32,000 nucleotides of DNA. Source: Candidatus Hadarchaeales archaeon. Lineage in GTDB: Archaea; Hadarchaeota; Hadarchaeia; Hadarchaeales; Hadarchaeaceae. The position numbers were made by a program, and so were the translations under genes. The notes below the pieces were generated by a model, which was not told the DNA's origin, did not search any database, and worked only from the letters and a program-made list of their open reading frames with translations. The first letter of the stretch is position 1. The number at the start of each line of letters is the position of its first letter. Below are positions 24,564-32,000 of the stretch, one piece after another. Location: contig JAWBCC010000003.1 in the NCBI GenBank assembly GCA_038823825.1, positions 90,001 through 122,000 of the forward strand. The letters are read 5' to 3'.

Positions 24564-24641
24564 CTGGCTCCCGGCCGCCATGCCCTGCAGGAGCTCTGGA
24601 GTCTCTCCAGCCATGGCTGCAGGTCCACCAGCCGGGACCAG
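24564..24641. other. GC-rich 78-nt three-tier imperfect hairpin (candidate structured RNA or regulatory element)
   Basis: Stem 1: CUGG-(C)-UCCCGGC (24564-24575) pairs with GCCGGGACCAG (24631-24641). Stem 2: CCUGCAG (24584-24590) pairs with CUGCAGG (24617-24623). Stem 3: CUGGAG (24596-24601) pairs with CUCCAG (24605-24610), with a UCU loop. It lies in the 138-nt gap between two plus-strand ORFs. Confidence 0.5.
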
Positions 24642-24674
24642 GTCGATAGGTCCGTTCCAAGATAGGTAGATTAA

Positions 24675-24944
24675 ATGGAAGTAGTGGTGAGACTTCATCC
24701 AAGCCTCAAATCCGAAATAGGAACATGCGAGGTCAGAGTGCAGATATCAGATTATGAGACAATTGATACGCTTATGATGAAAATAAGTCGCAGATATCCG
24801 AAGCTCCTAGAAATGGTTATCGATCCAACTACGGGTGACATAAGAACAGACTTCGAGATTTTATTAAACGGCCGGAGGATAAAAGATATCCATACAAAGC
24901 TAAAGCACAAGGACGAGATTTCTGTAAATCCGGTTCAAACTTAA
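24675..24944 (+). CDS. MoaD/ThiS-like beta-grasp small protein lacking a C-terminal Gly-Gly
   Basis: 89 aa. The pattern VVVRLHPSLKSEIG...ETIDTLMMKISRRYPKL...FEILLNGRRI...KHKDEISVNPVQT follows the MoaD-like layout (...vNg..v...l.dgDei.i.Pp..GG) but ends in VQT. Confidence 0.5.
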   Translation: MEVVVRLHPSLKSEIGTCEVRVQISDYETIDTLMMKISRRYPKLLEMVIDPTTGDIRTDFEILLNGRRIKDIHTKLKHKDEISVNPVQT

Positions 24945-26140
24945 AGTTTCTTTTTCATGGTGAGTTCAATCATTTTTTCAATTTCCATTTTAAGCGGTTC
25001 TGGGAGATCTGTGAGAATATTCGGATTCATAAAACCCTTCACTATGAGAGATCTTGCCTCGTCTTCTGAGAAGCCACGAGACATGAGGTAAAAAATTTGT
25101 TCCTCCGCGATCTTTCCCACCGCCGCCTCATGTGAGAGTTCCGTCCCCTCGACCTCGGCTATAAGTTCCGGAAACGCTCTGATCACAGCACCTTCTGAAA
25201 GTATCAATCCCATGCACTCCAGGTGCCCCCGACTCTCCTTATCTTTCCCGATTAGCAGTCCCCTGGCAGTCATATCAGCCCGGTCGGCCGCAACAGATCT
25301 CGAAATTATTTCACCCCTACTTTTCTTTCCTTCCAAGAGTATCTTTGTCCCAGCGTCTATCTTAGATTCTCCAGAGCCGTAGATTATGGAATTGAAAACA
25401 GCTCTTGACCCATCCCCGCGACAGTAGGCGGTTGGAAACATCTGTAGACTTCTGACAGGCTTCAACGAAACATAGTTGCTCACAAACGTAGCACCATCTT
25501 CGAGCAATACTCCGGTTCTCGGTCTGACAATCAGTTCTTCTCCCCACGCGTGGATCATCGTGAATGTCAGTTTTGCGTTTTCTTTGACGAAAAATTCGGA
25601 AATTCCAACGTGTAGCCCACTGCGAACATTTGGATGCACGGTACAACCGGTTATTATATGTGCTTCCGACCCTGGCTCGGCGAGTATCACATTGTGTACA
25701 TTTTGGTCCAAATTGTTTGTGGAGATGAAAAGACATGCTTGTAGTGGCAGCGTTATTTTTTGATTTTCAAAAATCCTGATGAAATAACCGTTGTCCCATT
25801 CATTTGCTGCCAATCGGGTGTATTCATCCGCTTCTTTGTCGATGATCGACCAGACAAATTTTTCAAGCCATTTATATTTTTTCATGGCATCCCTCACGCT
25901 CATGATTTCAGCCTTTCCTTCGAAAGCTTTCTGGATCCTTGAGAACACAACAGAATGATCTATCTGAAAATACGCCCCGGATCTATCATTCATATCTGGC
26001 CTAACTCCGACCTCTTGCGCTCTTTCAGCTATATCCCTTGGGAGCTCAGAAAGCTGGCAGGGACCCCAAGCCTTAGCTGTTCTCTTAAATTTCCACCCCT
26101 CGCCAATCAACACCTCTTCTCCAGACATTTTTCGCACCAT
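24941..26140 (-). CDS. sufB: Fe-S cluster assembly scaffold protein SufB/SufD family
   Basis: The beta-helix-like core and the C-terminal signature HEAAVGKIAEEQIFYLMSRGFSEDEARSLIVKGF are present. It overlaps the upstream sufC stop. Confidence 0.9.
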   Translation of the reverse strand: MVRKMSGEEVLIGEGWKFKRTAKAWGPCQLSELPRDIAERAQEVGVRPDMNDRSGAYFQIDHSVVFSRIQKAFEGKAEIMSVRDAMKKYKWLEKFVWSIIDKEADEYTRLAANEWDNGYFIRIFENQKITLPLQACLFISTNNLDQNVHNVILAEPGSEAHIITGCTVHPNVRSGLHVGISEFFVKENAKLTFTMIHAWGEELIVRPRTGVLLEDGATFVSNYVSLKPVRSLQMFPTAYCRGDGSRAVFNSIIYGSGESKIDAGTKILLEGKKSRGEIISRSVAADRADMTARGLLIGKDKESRGHLECMGLILSEGAVIRAFPELIAEVEGTELSHEAAVGKIAEEQIFYLMSRGFSEDEARSLIVKGFMNPNILTDLPEPLKMEIEKMIELTMKKKL

Positions 26141-26823
26141 TTGTATCCGTTTCTCATTATTTGGTTAAAGATCTTCTCAGGATCGCCACTGCAAGCGACG
26201 GTACCATTTATAATAACGTGTGCCCTGTGAACTCTTACATGTTTCAAAATGTGCCCCGTGTGTGTGACAAGTAAACCGCTTCTTTCTTCGAGGAATTCTC
26301 CTATGATCCTACCTATCGCGTGTAAGTTCTCTACGTCGACCCCCGAATCTGGTTCATCAAATATAGCAAACTTCGGATTTTGTGCCATTACCTGCAGGAT
26401 CTCCGAACGCTTGATTTCACCGCCCGAAAATCCTACATTGAGATCGCGTTCTAGAATCTCCTGCGATAGGTTAAGACTTCGCGTCAATCCAAGTATTCTC
26501 TCCTCATTACTCAGTCTGGTTACAATGGTTTTCAGTTTGACACCTTTCACGGCGGGTGGCGACTGATAGGCTACGCCAAGCCCAAGTTTAACGCGTTCAT
26601 TAAGCGGCAGGTTCGTTATATCTCGACCGTCAAAGATTATTCTCCCGCTTACAACTTTGTAAGCTGGGTGACCGAGAATACTCATAATCAGCGAAGACTT
26701 CCCTGAACCATTAGGTCCGAAGATCACATGTACTTCTCCGCTAGGAATTTCTAACTCTACATCGTGAAGTATTTTCCTTCCAGCGATTTCAACTGAAAGT
26801 TTTTCGATCTTCAACATGTCCAT
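26107..26823 (-). CDS. sufC: Fe-S cluster assembly ATPase SufC
   Basis: Walker A GPNGSGKSSL, ABC signature FSGGEIKR, Walker B FAIFDEPDSGVD and H-loop LLVTHTG. The start is set at MDMLKIEKL (26823); the listed 26901 start adds 26 unlikely residues. Confidence 0.95.
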   Translation of the reverse strand: MDMLKIEKLSVEIAGRKILHDVELEIPSGEVHVIFGPNGSGKSSLIMSILGHPAYKVVSGRIIFDGRDITNLPLNERVKLGLGVAYQSPPAVKGVKLKTIVTRLSNEERILGLTRSLNLSQEILERDLNVGFSGGEIKRSEILQVMAQNPKFAIFDEPDSGVDVENLHAIGRIIGEFLEERSGLLVTHTGHILKHVRVHRAHVIINGTVACSGDPEKIFNQIMRNGYKWCEKCLEKRC

Positions 26824-26906
26824 AAAAACTCTGTCAATTTCGTTTATATGAATGAAGTTTCTTTCTCGAAGCAGAGATATTAACATACGTTGTGTGAACA
26901 TTCATT

Positions 26907-27515
26907 GTGCAGCCAGAGGTTGTTTTCGTCGGCAGGTCGAATGTTGGCAAGTCCAGCCTGATAAGAGCACTTACGGGACTGCAGGTCAGAGTGGGAAGAA
27001 GACCCGGACTCACTAGGAGAATTTTGAGGTATCCTCTTGATGGTCTCTCGATTGTTGATATGCCAGGTTTTGGCTTCATGGCTGGTTTACCCAGAAAAGT
27101 TCAAGAAAAAGTAAAAACGCAAATTGTCAGATATCTGGAGGGGAATAAGGAAAAGATACTCTTTGCCATAGAGGTTCTCGATGTCAGAGCGTTTTTAGAA
27201 ATATGCAAGCGATGGGAGAAAAGAAACCAGATTCCAGTGGATGTTGAGATGTTTTATTTCCTCGATGAGTTGGGTCTTGATCCGATTTTGGCGATCAACA
27301 AAATTGACATCATCCATCCGCTAGATAGAGATTTCATTTTGGATGCTATTTGCGAAAAACTTGGTATGTTGCCTCCTTGGCGGCAATGGCTAGACATAGT
27401 AGTTCCAGTTTCAGCGAGAACTGGCGAGGGCCTAAAGGAGCTTCGAGCTCTTATACTCGATAGGCTCAAAAGAAAGAAAGCGGAACATTTGATAAAGTGT
27501 TTTAAGAAGTTCTGA
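26907..27515 (+). CDS. engB: GTP-binding protein EngB/YsxC
   Basis: G1 motif FVGRSNVGKSSLIRALTG, DMPGFG (G3) and NKID (G4). GTG start. Confidence 0.9.
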   Translation: MQPEVVFVGRSNVGKSSLIRALTGLQVRVGRRPGLTRRILRYPLDGLSIVDMPGFGFMAGLPRKVQEKVKTQIVRYLEGNKEKILFAIEVLDVRAFLEICKRWEKRNQIPVDVEMFYFLDELGLDPILAINKIDIIHPLDRDFILDAICEKLGMLPPWRQWLDIVVPVSARTGEGLKELRALILDRLKRKKAEHLIKCFKKF

Positions 27516-28398
27516 TTTCGGAAAACGCAGGCACTTTAACCATTTTTTCCAGAATCGTGGAAAGATCGAAGGGGAGCTTTTCACCTTTTCTCAAATTCTC
27601 AACTGCGAGAAGGGTTTCCAATCCTATTTTTATCATGTCTTCCTCCAGCTTTGATTTCTTGATATCTTCCTTAAGCTCTATGGGTCCACTCTCTCCGGGC
27701 GATGCGAGAATCGCGAGAATCTCGCCCACGCGAATTTTCCCGGCTCTTTTCATCTGATAGAAATCTCTGAGAATACAGTAGACAGAAAACTCCATTGAGC
27801 TTGCAAGTACTCCCATTTGCTTGTATGAGTCAAGCTTGGGTTTCAAGATCTCGTAGAGAGGAGAGAAATATGGTGTTTCTCTGAAGTATAAGTCATCTTT
27901 AACGTGTGTGATACCAATCCATAGATTTCGCAAAAATTCATAGCCGTACATTTCCGCGGTTCCCACAATTATCGGAACCAGTTCTGGATCGGCAATCGCT
28001 GGAAATTCTGCTCCGACCACGGCTTGGGTGGTTCTCTCATCCCTCACACAACCAGTTGTTATAACAAGATGACCTGGCTTGACAAAGTTTTGAAGTGCGC
28101 CAGCTGTACCGAGTCTTAAAATCGTTAATGGACCTTCTGTCAATTCGATAGCTTCTGGGAGAGTTATCGCAGCACTCGCCGGACCCATACCCGTTGCGAA
28201 AGCAGAAACCATGATTCCCTTGTATTCGCCGTGAACTACGGTCAGACCTCTGTCTCCATCGATTATCTCCGAATTTTTAAGATACTTGCTGATTTTTCTC
28301 ACTCTTCCTGGAGATCCGGCTGTAAGAATATTTGGGTAAAATTTTTCAGACTCGAGGTGATATGCCTTGCCAGTAGGTGTTTTGAAAGTTATCCTCAT
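27502..28398 (-). CDS. Nucleoside phosphorylase, PNP/UDP family 1
   Basis: GSPGRVRKIS, GEYKGIMVSAFATGMGPASAAI, LRLGTAGAL and SSMEFS motifs. The start is set at ATG 28398 (GGAGG just upstream). The listed longer start runs into the divergent Macro gene. Confidence 0.85.
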   Translation of the reverse strand: MRITFKTPTGKAYHLESEKFYPNILTAGSPGRVRKISKYLKNSEIIDGDRGLTVVHGEYKGIMVSAFATGMGPASAAITLPEAIELTEGPLTILRLGTAGALQNFVKPGHLVITTGCVRDERTTQAVVGAEFPAIADPELVPIIVGTAEMYGYEFLRNLWIGITHVKDDLYFRETPYFSPLYEILKPKLDSYKQMGVLASSMEFSVYCILRDFYQMKRAGKIRVGEILAILASPGESGPIELKEDIKKSKLEEDMIKIGLETLLAVENLRKGEKLPFDLSTILEKMVKVPAFSEIRTS

Positions 28399-28448
28399 TT
28401 CCTCCTTATAAATTTTGTCTGCAATGTTAATAAACCACAAGAAGTAAG

Positions 28449-28982
28449 ATGTTTGAAGGAATGGGGAAATTAGAAATAACGCTTCTGGTTGGAGATCTAA
28501 CAAAGCAGGAGGCCGACGCGATTACGAATCCTGCCAACAGTTTGATGTTCATGGGCGGGGGTGCAGCCGGAGCTCTGAAAAAAGCAGGAGGAGAAGAGAT
28601 AGAAAAAGAAGCTCGGATGAAGGCGCCCATACCAGTGGGAAAGGCAGTGGCAACGACTGCGGGTAGACTGAAAGCGAAATTTGTCATTCATGCCCCCACG
28701 ATGGAACGTCCTGCCATGCCAACAACTAGAGAAAAGGTCTATCTTGCCACAAAGGCTGCAATAGAATGTGCTGACGAGGTTGGCGCAAAGAGTTTAGTGA
28801 TCCCCGGAATGGGCACAGGAGTGGGTGGTTTATCTTTTGAGGAGGCCGCGGAGGCAATGATTTCCGCTATCAAAGAGATTTCTAAGAAATTAAAAAATCT
28901 TCAAAAAATAATTCTTTGTGACATAAACGAGCAAATGGTCAAAGCTTGGAGAAAGGAACTAGAGCGGCAAGGTTTACTTTGA
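28449..28982 (+). CDS. Macro-domain protein (ADP-ribose binding/hydrolase, AF1521-like)
   Basis: VGDLTKQEADAITNPANSLMFMGGGAAGALKKAGG, FVIHAPT and IPGMGTGVGGLSFEEAAEAM are canonical macrodomain motifs. Confidence 0.9.
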   Translation: MFEGMGKLEITLLVGDLTKQEADAITNPANSLMFMGGGAAGALKKAGGEEIEKEARMKAPIPVGKAVATTAGRLKAKFVIHAPTMERPAMPTTREKVYLATKAAIECADEVGAKSLVIPGMGTGVGGLSFEEAAEAMISAIKEISKKLKNLQKIILCDINEQMVKAWRKELERQGLL

Positions 28983-29663
28983 GAATTCTACAACCTCGAG
29001 CAGATCTGCAATGCTTTTAATCACCGCATCGGGCCCATATTTCTCTAGCAACTCGCGTCGCATCAGCCCAGTCAAGACCGCGACAGTTTTTGCTCCAACC
29101 TTTTTCCCATCTCTGATGTCGTTCCAGTAGTCTCCGACTATTACGCATTCCTGCGGTTTGACGCCTAGCTTTTCAATCGCAATCCTAAAGATTTCTTCCT
29201 TGGAGAAGTGATGTTTTTCATTCAGGTCTTTTATAGCATCCCTGCCCGTCACGATCGTGTCCACAAATTCTCCAAGACCGAGCGAATCTAACTCTAGCTT
29301 TAATCTTTGGGCAGGGAGAATGCAGCTTGTGATGACGGCAATGGGAATTCCCTTTTCCTTAAGTTTTTTGAGAGTTTCTAAACTTCCATTGATCGGTTTG
29401 TTTCCCGCATCCTCCTCTCTGTATCTCTCCAAAAATTTCAGCCAGAACTTGTGCAAGTCTGTTTCAGGTCCGAGTCTTTCTAGAATCACATCATCAAGTG
29501 TGTCGTCGATGTACCTCTTCAGAAACTCGTCCCAGCTGATAGTTTTCCCACCCTCTTGTGCGATGAGTTCGTTGAAGACCACGAAAAACCTAGGAAGAGT
29601 ATCAACGAGAGTCCCATCGGTGTCGAAAATTACAGCCTTAGCTTGGATTTTTTGACTAGACAT
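28974..29663 (-). CDS. HAD-superfamily hydrolase (phosphoglycolate phosphatase/PGMB-like subfamily IA)
   Basis: Motif I AVIFDTDGTLVDT, motif II VITS, and motif III/IV K...VGDYWNDIRDG. Confidence 0.9.
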   Translation of the reverse strand: MSSQKIQAKAVIFDTDGTLVDTLPRFFVVFNELIAQEGGKTISWDEFLKRYIDDTLDDVILERLGPETDLHKFWLKFLERYREEDAGNKPINGSLETLKKLKEKGIPIAVITSCILPAQRLKLELDSLGLGEFVDTIVTGRDAIKDLNEKHHFSKEEIFRIAIEKLGVKPQECVIVGDYWNDIRDGKKVGAKTVAVLTGLMRRELLEKYGPDAVIKSIADLLEVVEFSK

Positions 29664-29769
29664 GACGGGTCCCTTTAATCCTAGTTCTCAACACTTCATG
29701 AAGTTTTAAACTTTTTCATGTCTTGAAAAAGAATAAAAAACAAAGACGCATTAGTCAAAGGGTGAGTTG

Positions 29770-30522
29770 ATGGAAAGAAGAAACGCCATAAATCTGATCT
29801 CAGGTGGGGTAGACTCCGTTACTACTGCCTATTACGTCAACAAAGTTTTGAAGCCAGCCAAGCAGCTTCTCATATTCTGCAACTACGGACAAAGGACATA
29901 TGTTGAGGAGGAGTTTTGCATAAAAAAGATTTCGGAGCTTTTGGGTGTTCCGCTCAAAATAATCGATCTCCGCTGGCTCGGGGAGATAAGCACATCTCTG
30001 CTCACGAAGCCAGACGTGCCTATCCCGGAAACGAAAACAGAAGATCTTTGGGATCCGGACAAAGCAAAACAAAGAATACTACGATGGTGGGACCCATGCA
30101 GGAATGCGATTCTTCTTCTCGTGGGTCTTGCACATGCGGAATCCTTCTATATTTCAAAGGGAGAAAGATATGATGTTTACATTGGAATAAGACGGGAGAC
30201 TCCTGTGAGGATGAAGGATAATACCCCCGAATTCATGGATGAGATGAACAGACTCGCAGAACATGCGACCCATCACGGTGGATATAGACTACTTGCTCCA
30301 CTGATCGAGCATGACAAGGACATGGTCGTGAAGCTAGGCGAGTCTCTTGGAGTTCCTTGGGAATACACGTACAGCTGTTATCAGGGCGGTGGACTTAAAG
30401 ATGTGGGTGGGAGGATTCTGCCCGTCCACTGTGGAATCTGCTCAAATTGCAGAAGAAGGGCCATAGCTTTTAAAGATGCAGGCGTCAAGGATCCAAGCAT
30501 CTACGCAAAACCGCCCATCTAG
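29770..30522 (+). CDS. queC: 7-cyano-7-deazaguanine synthase QueC (PP-loop ATPase; archaeosine/queuosine precursor pathway)
   Basis: PP-loop LISGGVDSVTTAYY and the C-terminal Zn-binding cysteines SCYQGG...HCGICSNCRRR. ATG 29770 is preferred to the adjacent TTG 29767. Confidence 0.9.
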   Translation: MERRNAINLISGGVDSVTTAYYVNKVLKPAKQLLIFCNYGQRTYVEEEFCIKKISELLGVPLKIIDLRWLGEISTSLLTKPDVPIPETKTEDLWDPDKAKQRILRWWDPCRNAILLLVGLAHAESFYISKGERYDVYIGIRRETPVRMKDNTPEFMDEMNRLAEHATHHGGYRLLAPLIEHDKDMVVKLGESLGVPWEYTYSCYQGGGLKDVGGRILPVHCGICSNCRRRAIAFKDAGVKDPSIYAKPPI

Positions 30523-30543
30523 AATCGATTAAACTTAAACATC

Positions 30544-31722
30544 GTGAATGTTTTTCGGGGGATAGATCTGGAAGTCATTGAGATTCGGAAATGGACGGAT
30601 GGTTCAGAAGAGAAAATAAAGAGGTCGCTGGCAGAGAAAAAAATCGTCGCAATACTATGTGATGTTCCACTCGTGGAGGAAATGGAAATAAAGAAAGCTG
30701 ATGATGGGCTTCTTCTCGGTCCTTGTTGTTCATTCTCGCTTATCAACGGCAAGGGCGTGGGAATATGGAACGAGATCAAAAAAGGACCAATTGGGCTTAT
30801 CGGAAGTTCCTCAAGCGGTCTCAGGATGTTGGCTTGCATGCTCTCGGAAGTGGGAATATCACATGCCATACATGTGGGATGGCGGGATTTCTCCCAGGCG
30901 ATCGGAGGTCTCTCAACGATAAAAGCTCTAAAGTTTCTTAAGGAAGATCCCGATACAGAATGTATAGCAGTCATCGGAGTTCTGCCAAACCAGCAAGTTG
31001 TGAAGAGAATAATGAAGGAGACGGAGGGCGATAAACCAGTGCTTTTTCTTTTTCTGGGTTATAAAGCTGAGGAATTGCAGACTCTTGAGAAATTTGCTCA
31101 GAGGGTGGCTCAAATAGTTGGTTGCGAGTTAAAACCTGAGCCATCAGACGAGAAACTTGAAAAGTTTGCGGAAGAAGAAGCCTCCAAGCTTGCATACGGG
31201 CAAAAATACGTAAGGGGCATTTTTTCTGGAAGGTTCGCTTGTGTCGAAGCTCAGCTGATCCTGTCGTGGTTTGGTAAAACGGTTTATTCAAACGTTCCAC
31301 TTAAACCGCGACTCAGGCTTCCGGATCCGACTTCTAGTCAGGGGCATACGTTTGTTGATATTTCCATGCCGGAGCCCAGTCCAGGGGTCAACCCGATTGT
31401 TGATCCAAGCCCCTACGTGGAGAGAATTGTTAGGGAAGCGAAAGATGAGCAGATCGGCGCCTTGGTTTTTGACATTGTTTTGGGTCATGGTGCTCACGAG
31501 GATCCTGCATCAGTCCTCTCTGAGGCGGTCATCAAAGCTCGCAGAGTTTGCGAGTCTACTATGGGATATCTTCCGGTTTTTGCCACCATAGTCGGAACGG
31601 ATAAGGACCCCCAAAATCTAAGCAAGCAGAGGAAGAAATTGGAAGAAACAGAGGTGATTTTGACATCTTCGACATCTAGAGCTATCACATTGGCCGCCAT
31701 GACTGCGGGGTTTCAAAAATGA
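30544..31722 (+). CDS. FdrA-like / succinyl-CoA-synthetase-alpha-like (CoA-ligase fold) protein, N-terminally short
   Basis: LLLGPCCSFSLINGKGVGIWNEIKKGPIGLIGSSSSGLRMLACMLSEVGISHAIHVGWRDFSQAIGGLSTIKALKFLKEDPDTECIAVIG parallels the SucD/FdrA core (GPNC...G.iG.vs.SG.l......G.G.s..vg.G......g....d.l..l..Dp.T..i). The GTG start is uncertain. Confidence 0.65.
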   Translation: MNVFRGIDLEVIEIRKWTDGSEEKIKRSLAEKKIVAILCDVPLVEEMEIKKADDGLLLGPCCSFSLINGKGVGIWNEIKKGPIGLIGSSSSGLRMLACMLSEVGISHAIHVGWRDFSQAIGGLSTIKALKFLKEDPDTECIAVIGVLPNQQVVKRIMKETEGDKPVLFLFLGYKAEELQTLEKFAQRVAQIVGCELKPEPSDEKLEKFAEEEASKLAYGQKYVRGIFSGRFACVEAQLILSWFGKTVYSNVPLKPRLRLPDPTSSQGHTFVDISMPEPSPGVNPIVDPSPYVERIVREAKDEQIGALVFDIVLGHGAHEDPASVLSEAVIKARRVCESTMGYLPVFATIVGTDKDPQNLSKQRKKLEETEVILTSSTSRAITLAAMTAGFQK

Positions 31723-32000
31723 TAGTAAAATTTAAACCGGTGATTTTGCCGGTTATCACAAAATGGGTTGCGGAAAAAATTCTCAAATCCGGCGATGGAG
31801 AGTTAGAGGTCTCTCTCGATCTCGGTTTATCAAAAGCAAAAGTGACTATCTCCGGTGGTTTGGTCAGTCTTCCAACTGGCGATGTTATCAGTTTGAAAGT
31901 TTTAGAAAAATTGGAAGAGGGGGACGTTTACATTGTTCGCGAAAACGAGATTTTCAAGGCAGAGTTTTTTGCCGAAGGTAAGTATTATCGATTGTTTGCT
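31719..32000 (+). CDS. Hypothetical protein, 5' part only (runs off the window); not in the supplied ORF track
   Basis: ATG 31719 overlaps the upstream stop (ATGA). My translation, MIVKFKPVILPVITKWVAEKILKSGDGELEVSLDLGLSKAKVTISGGLVSLPTGDVISLKVLEKLEEGDVYIVRENEIFKAEFFAEGKYYRLFA, has no stop through base 32000. Confidence 0.5.
   Translation, partial: MIVKFKPVILPVITKWVAEKILKSGDGELEVSLDLGLSKAKVTISGGLVSLPTGDVISLKVLEKLEEGDVYIVRENEIFKAEFFAEGKYYRLFA

Noticed and set aside
24564-24641. The hairpin as a box H/ACA or C/D guide RNA
   Set aside because: On neither strand is there an ACA/ANA 14-16 nt from the internal loop. There are no tandem G.A K-turns and no RUGAUGA/CUGA box pairs.
24436-24702. Minus-strand ORFs (88 and 82 aa) covering the GC-rich hairpin
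   Set aside because: Their Ala/Gly/Pro-rich sequence mirrors the palindromic DNA. They overlap the C-terminus of the plus-strand ORF and have no convincing start context.
29697-29720. Near-palindrome CATGAAGTTTTAAACTTTTTCATG between the HAD and queC genes
   Set aside because: It is most simply a TTTTAAA TATA element in a bidirectional promoter with fortuitous flanking symmetry. It is too short and AT-rich to argue for more.
31763-31981. Listed 72-aa ORF near the window end
   Set aside because: It is out of frame with a longer uninterrupted frame starting at ATG 31719, which is coupled to the upstream stop. Its product is Arg/Ser/Gly-rich.
1-32000. CRISPR arrays, tRNA or rRNA genes, IS elements, integrases and prophage genes
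   Set aside because: I saw no regularly spaced repeats, no T-loop or cloverleaf candidates in the few intergenic gaps, and no transposase- or integrase-like ORFs. tRNAscan, Infernal and ISfinder searches would be needed to be definitive.

Overview
This is a densely coding chromosomal window with no rRNA, tRNA, CRISPR array, transposase or integrase that I could recognise. Gene content looks archaeal, closest in flavour to an Archaeoglobales or methanogen-type euryarchaeon. This is an inference from the DGGGP synthase, NurA/HerA, archaeosine-type QueC, the COG1900/NIL-ferredoxin/COG2122 homocysteine genes, and very GC-rich RNA-like blocks in a moderate-GC background. Bases 1-7619 hold the one clear accessory region. 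It is a tightly coupled Type I restriction-modification operon (hsdM, hsdS, hsdR, DUF45 metalloprotease) with two extra AT-rich genes wedged inside it: a wHTH protein between hsdM and hsdS, and a split HEPN-like protein between hsdS and hsdR. That layout resembles the E. coli prr (PrrC) arrangement. The rest is mostly housekeeping:
- a DtxR-FeoA fusion repressor with two TTAGG-N4-CCTAA operators bracketing its TATA box, followed by feoB
- a TIM-barrel isomerase and endonuclease V
- a Zn-ribbon gene coupled to a wHTH-fused LigD-PolDom-like primase-polymerase
- a ~270-nt, ~65% G+C structured RNA block (13.29-13.57 kb), which I read as a candidate three-hairpin box H/ACA guide RNA on the minus strand; it lacks RNase P and SRP signatures
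- type IA topoisomerase, an SNase-like nuclease and DGGGP synthase
- a NurA-HerA pair, a PfkB kinase and a 78-nt GC-rich three-tier hairpin
- a MoaD-like beta-grasp ORF without a terminal Gly-Gly
- sufC-sufBD, engB, a nucleoside phosphorylase, a Macro-domain protein, a HAD hydrolase and queC
- an FdrA-like protein coupled to an unlisted partial ORF that runs off the 3' edge.
All family calls come from motifs read by eye. No searches were run.
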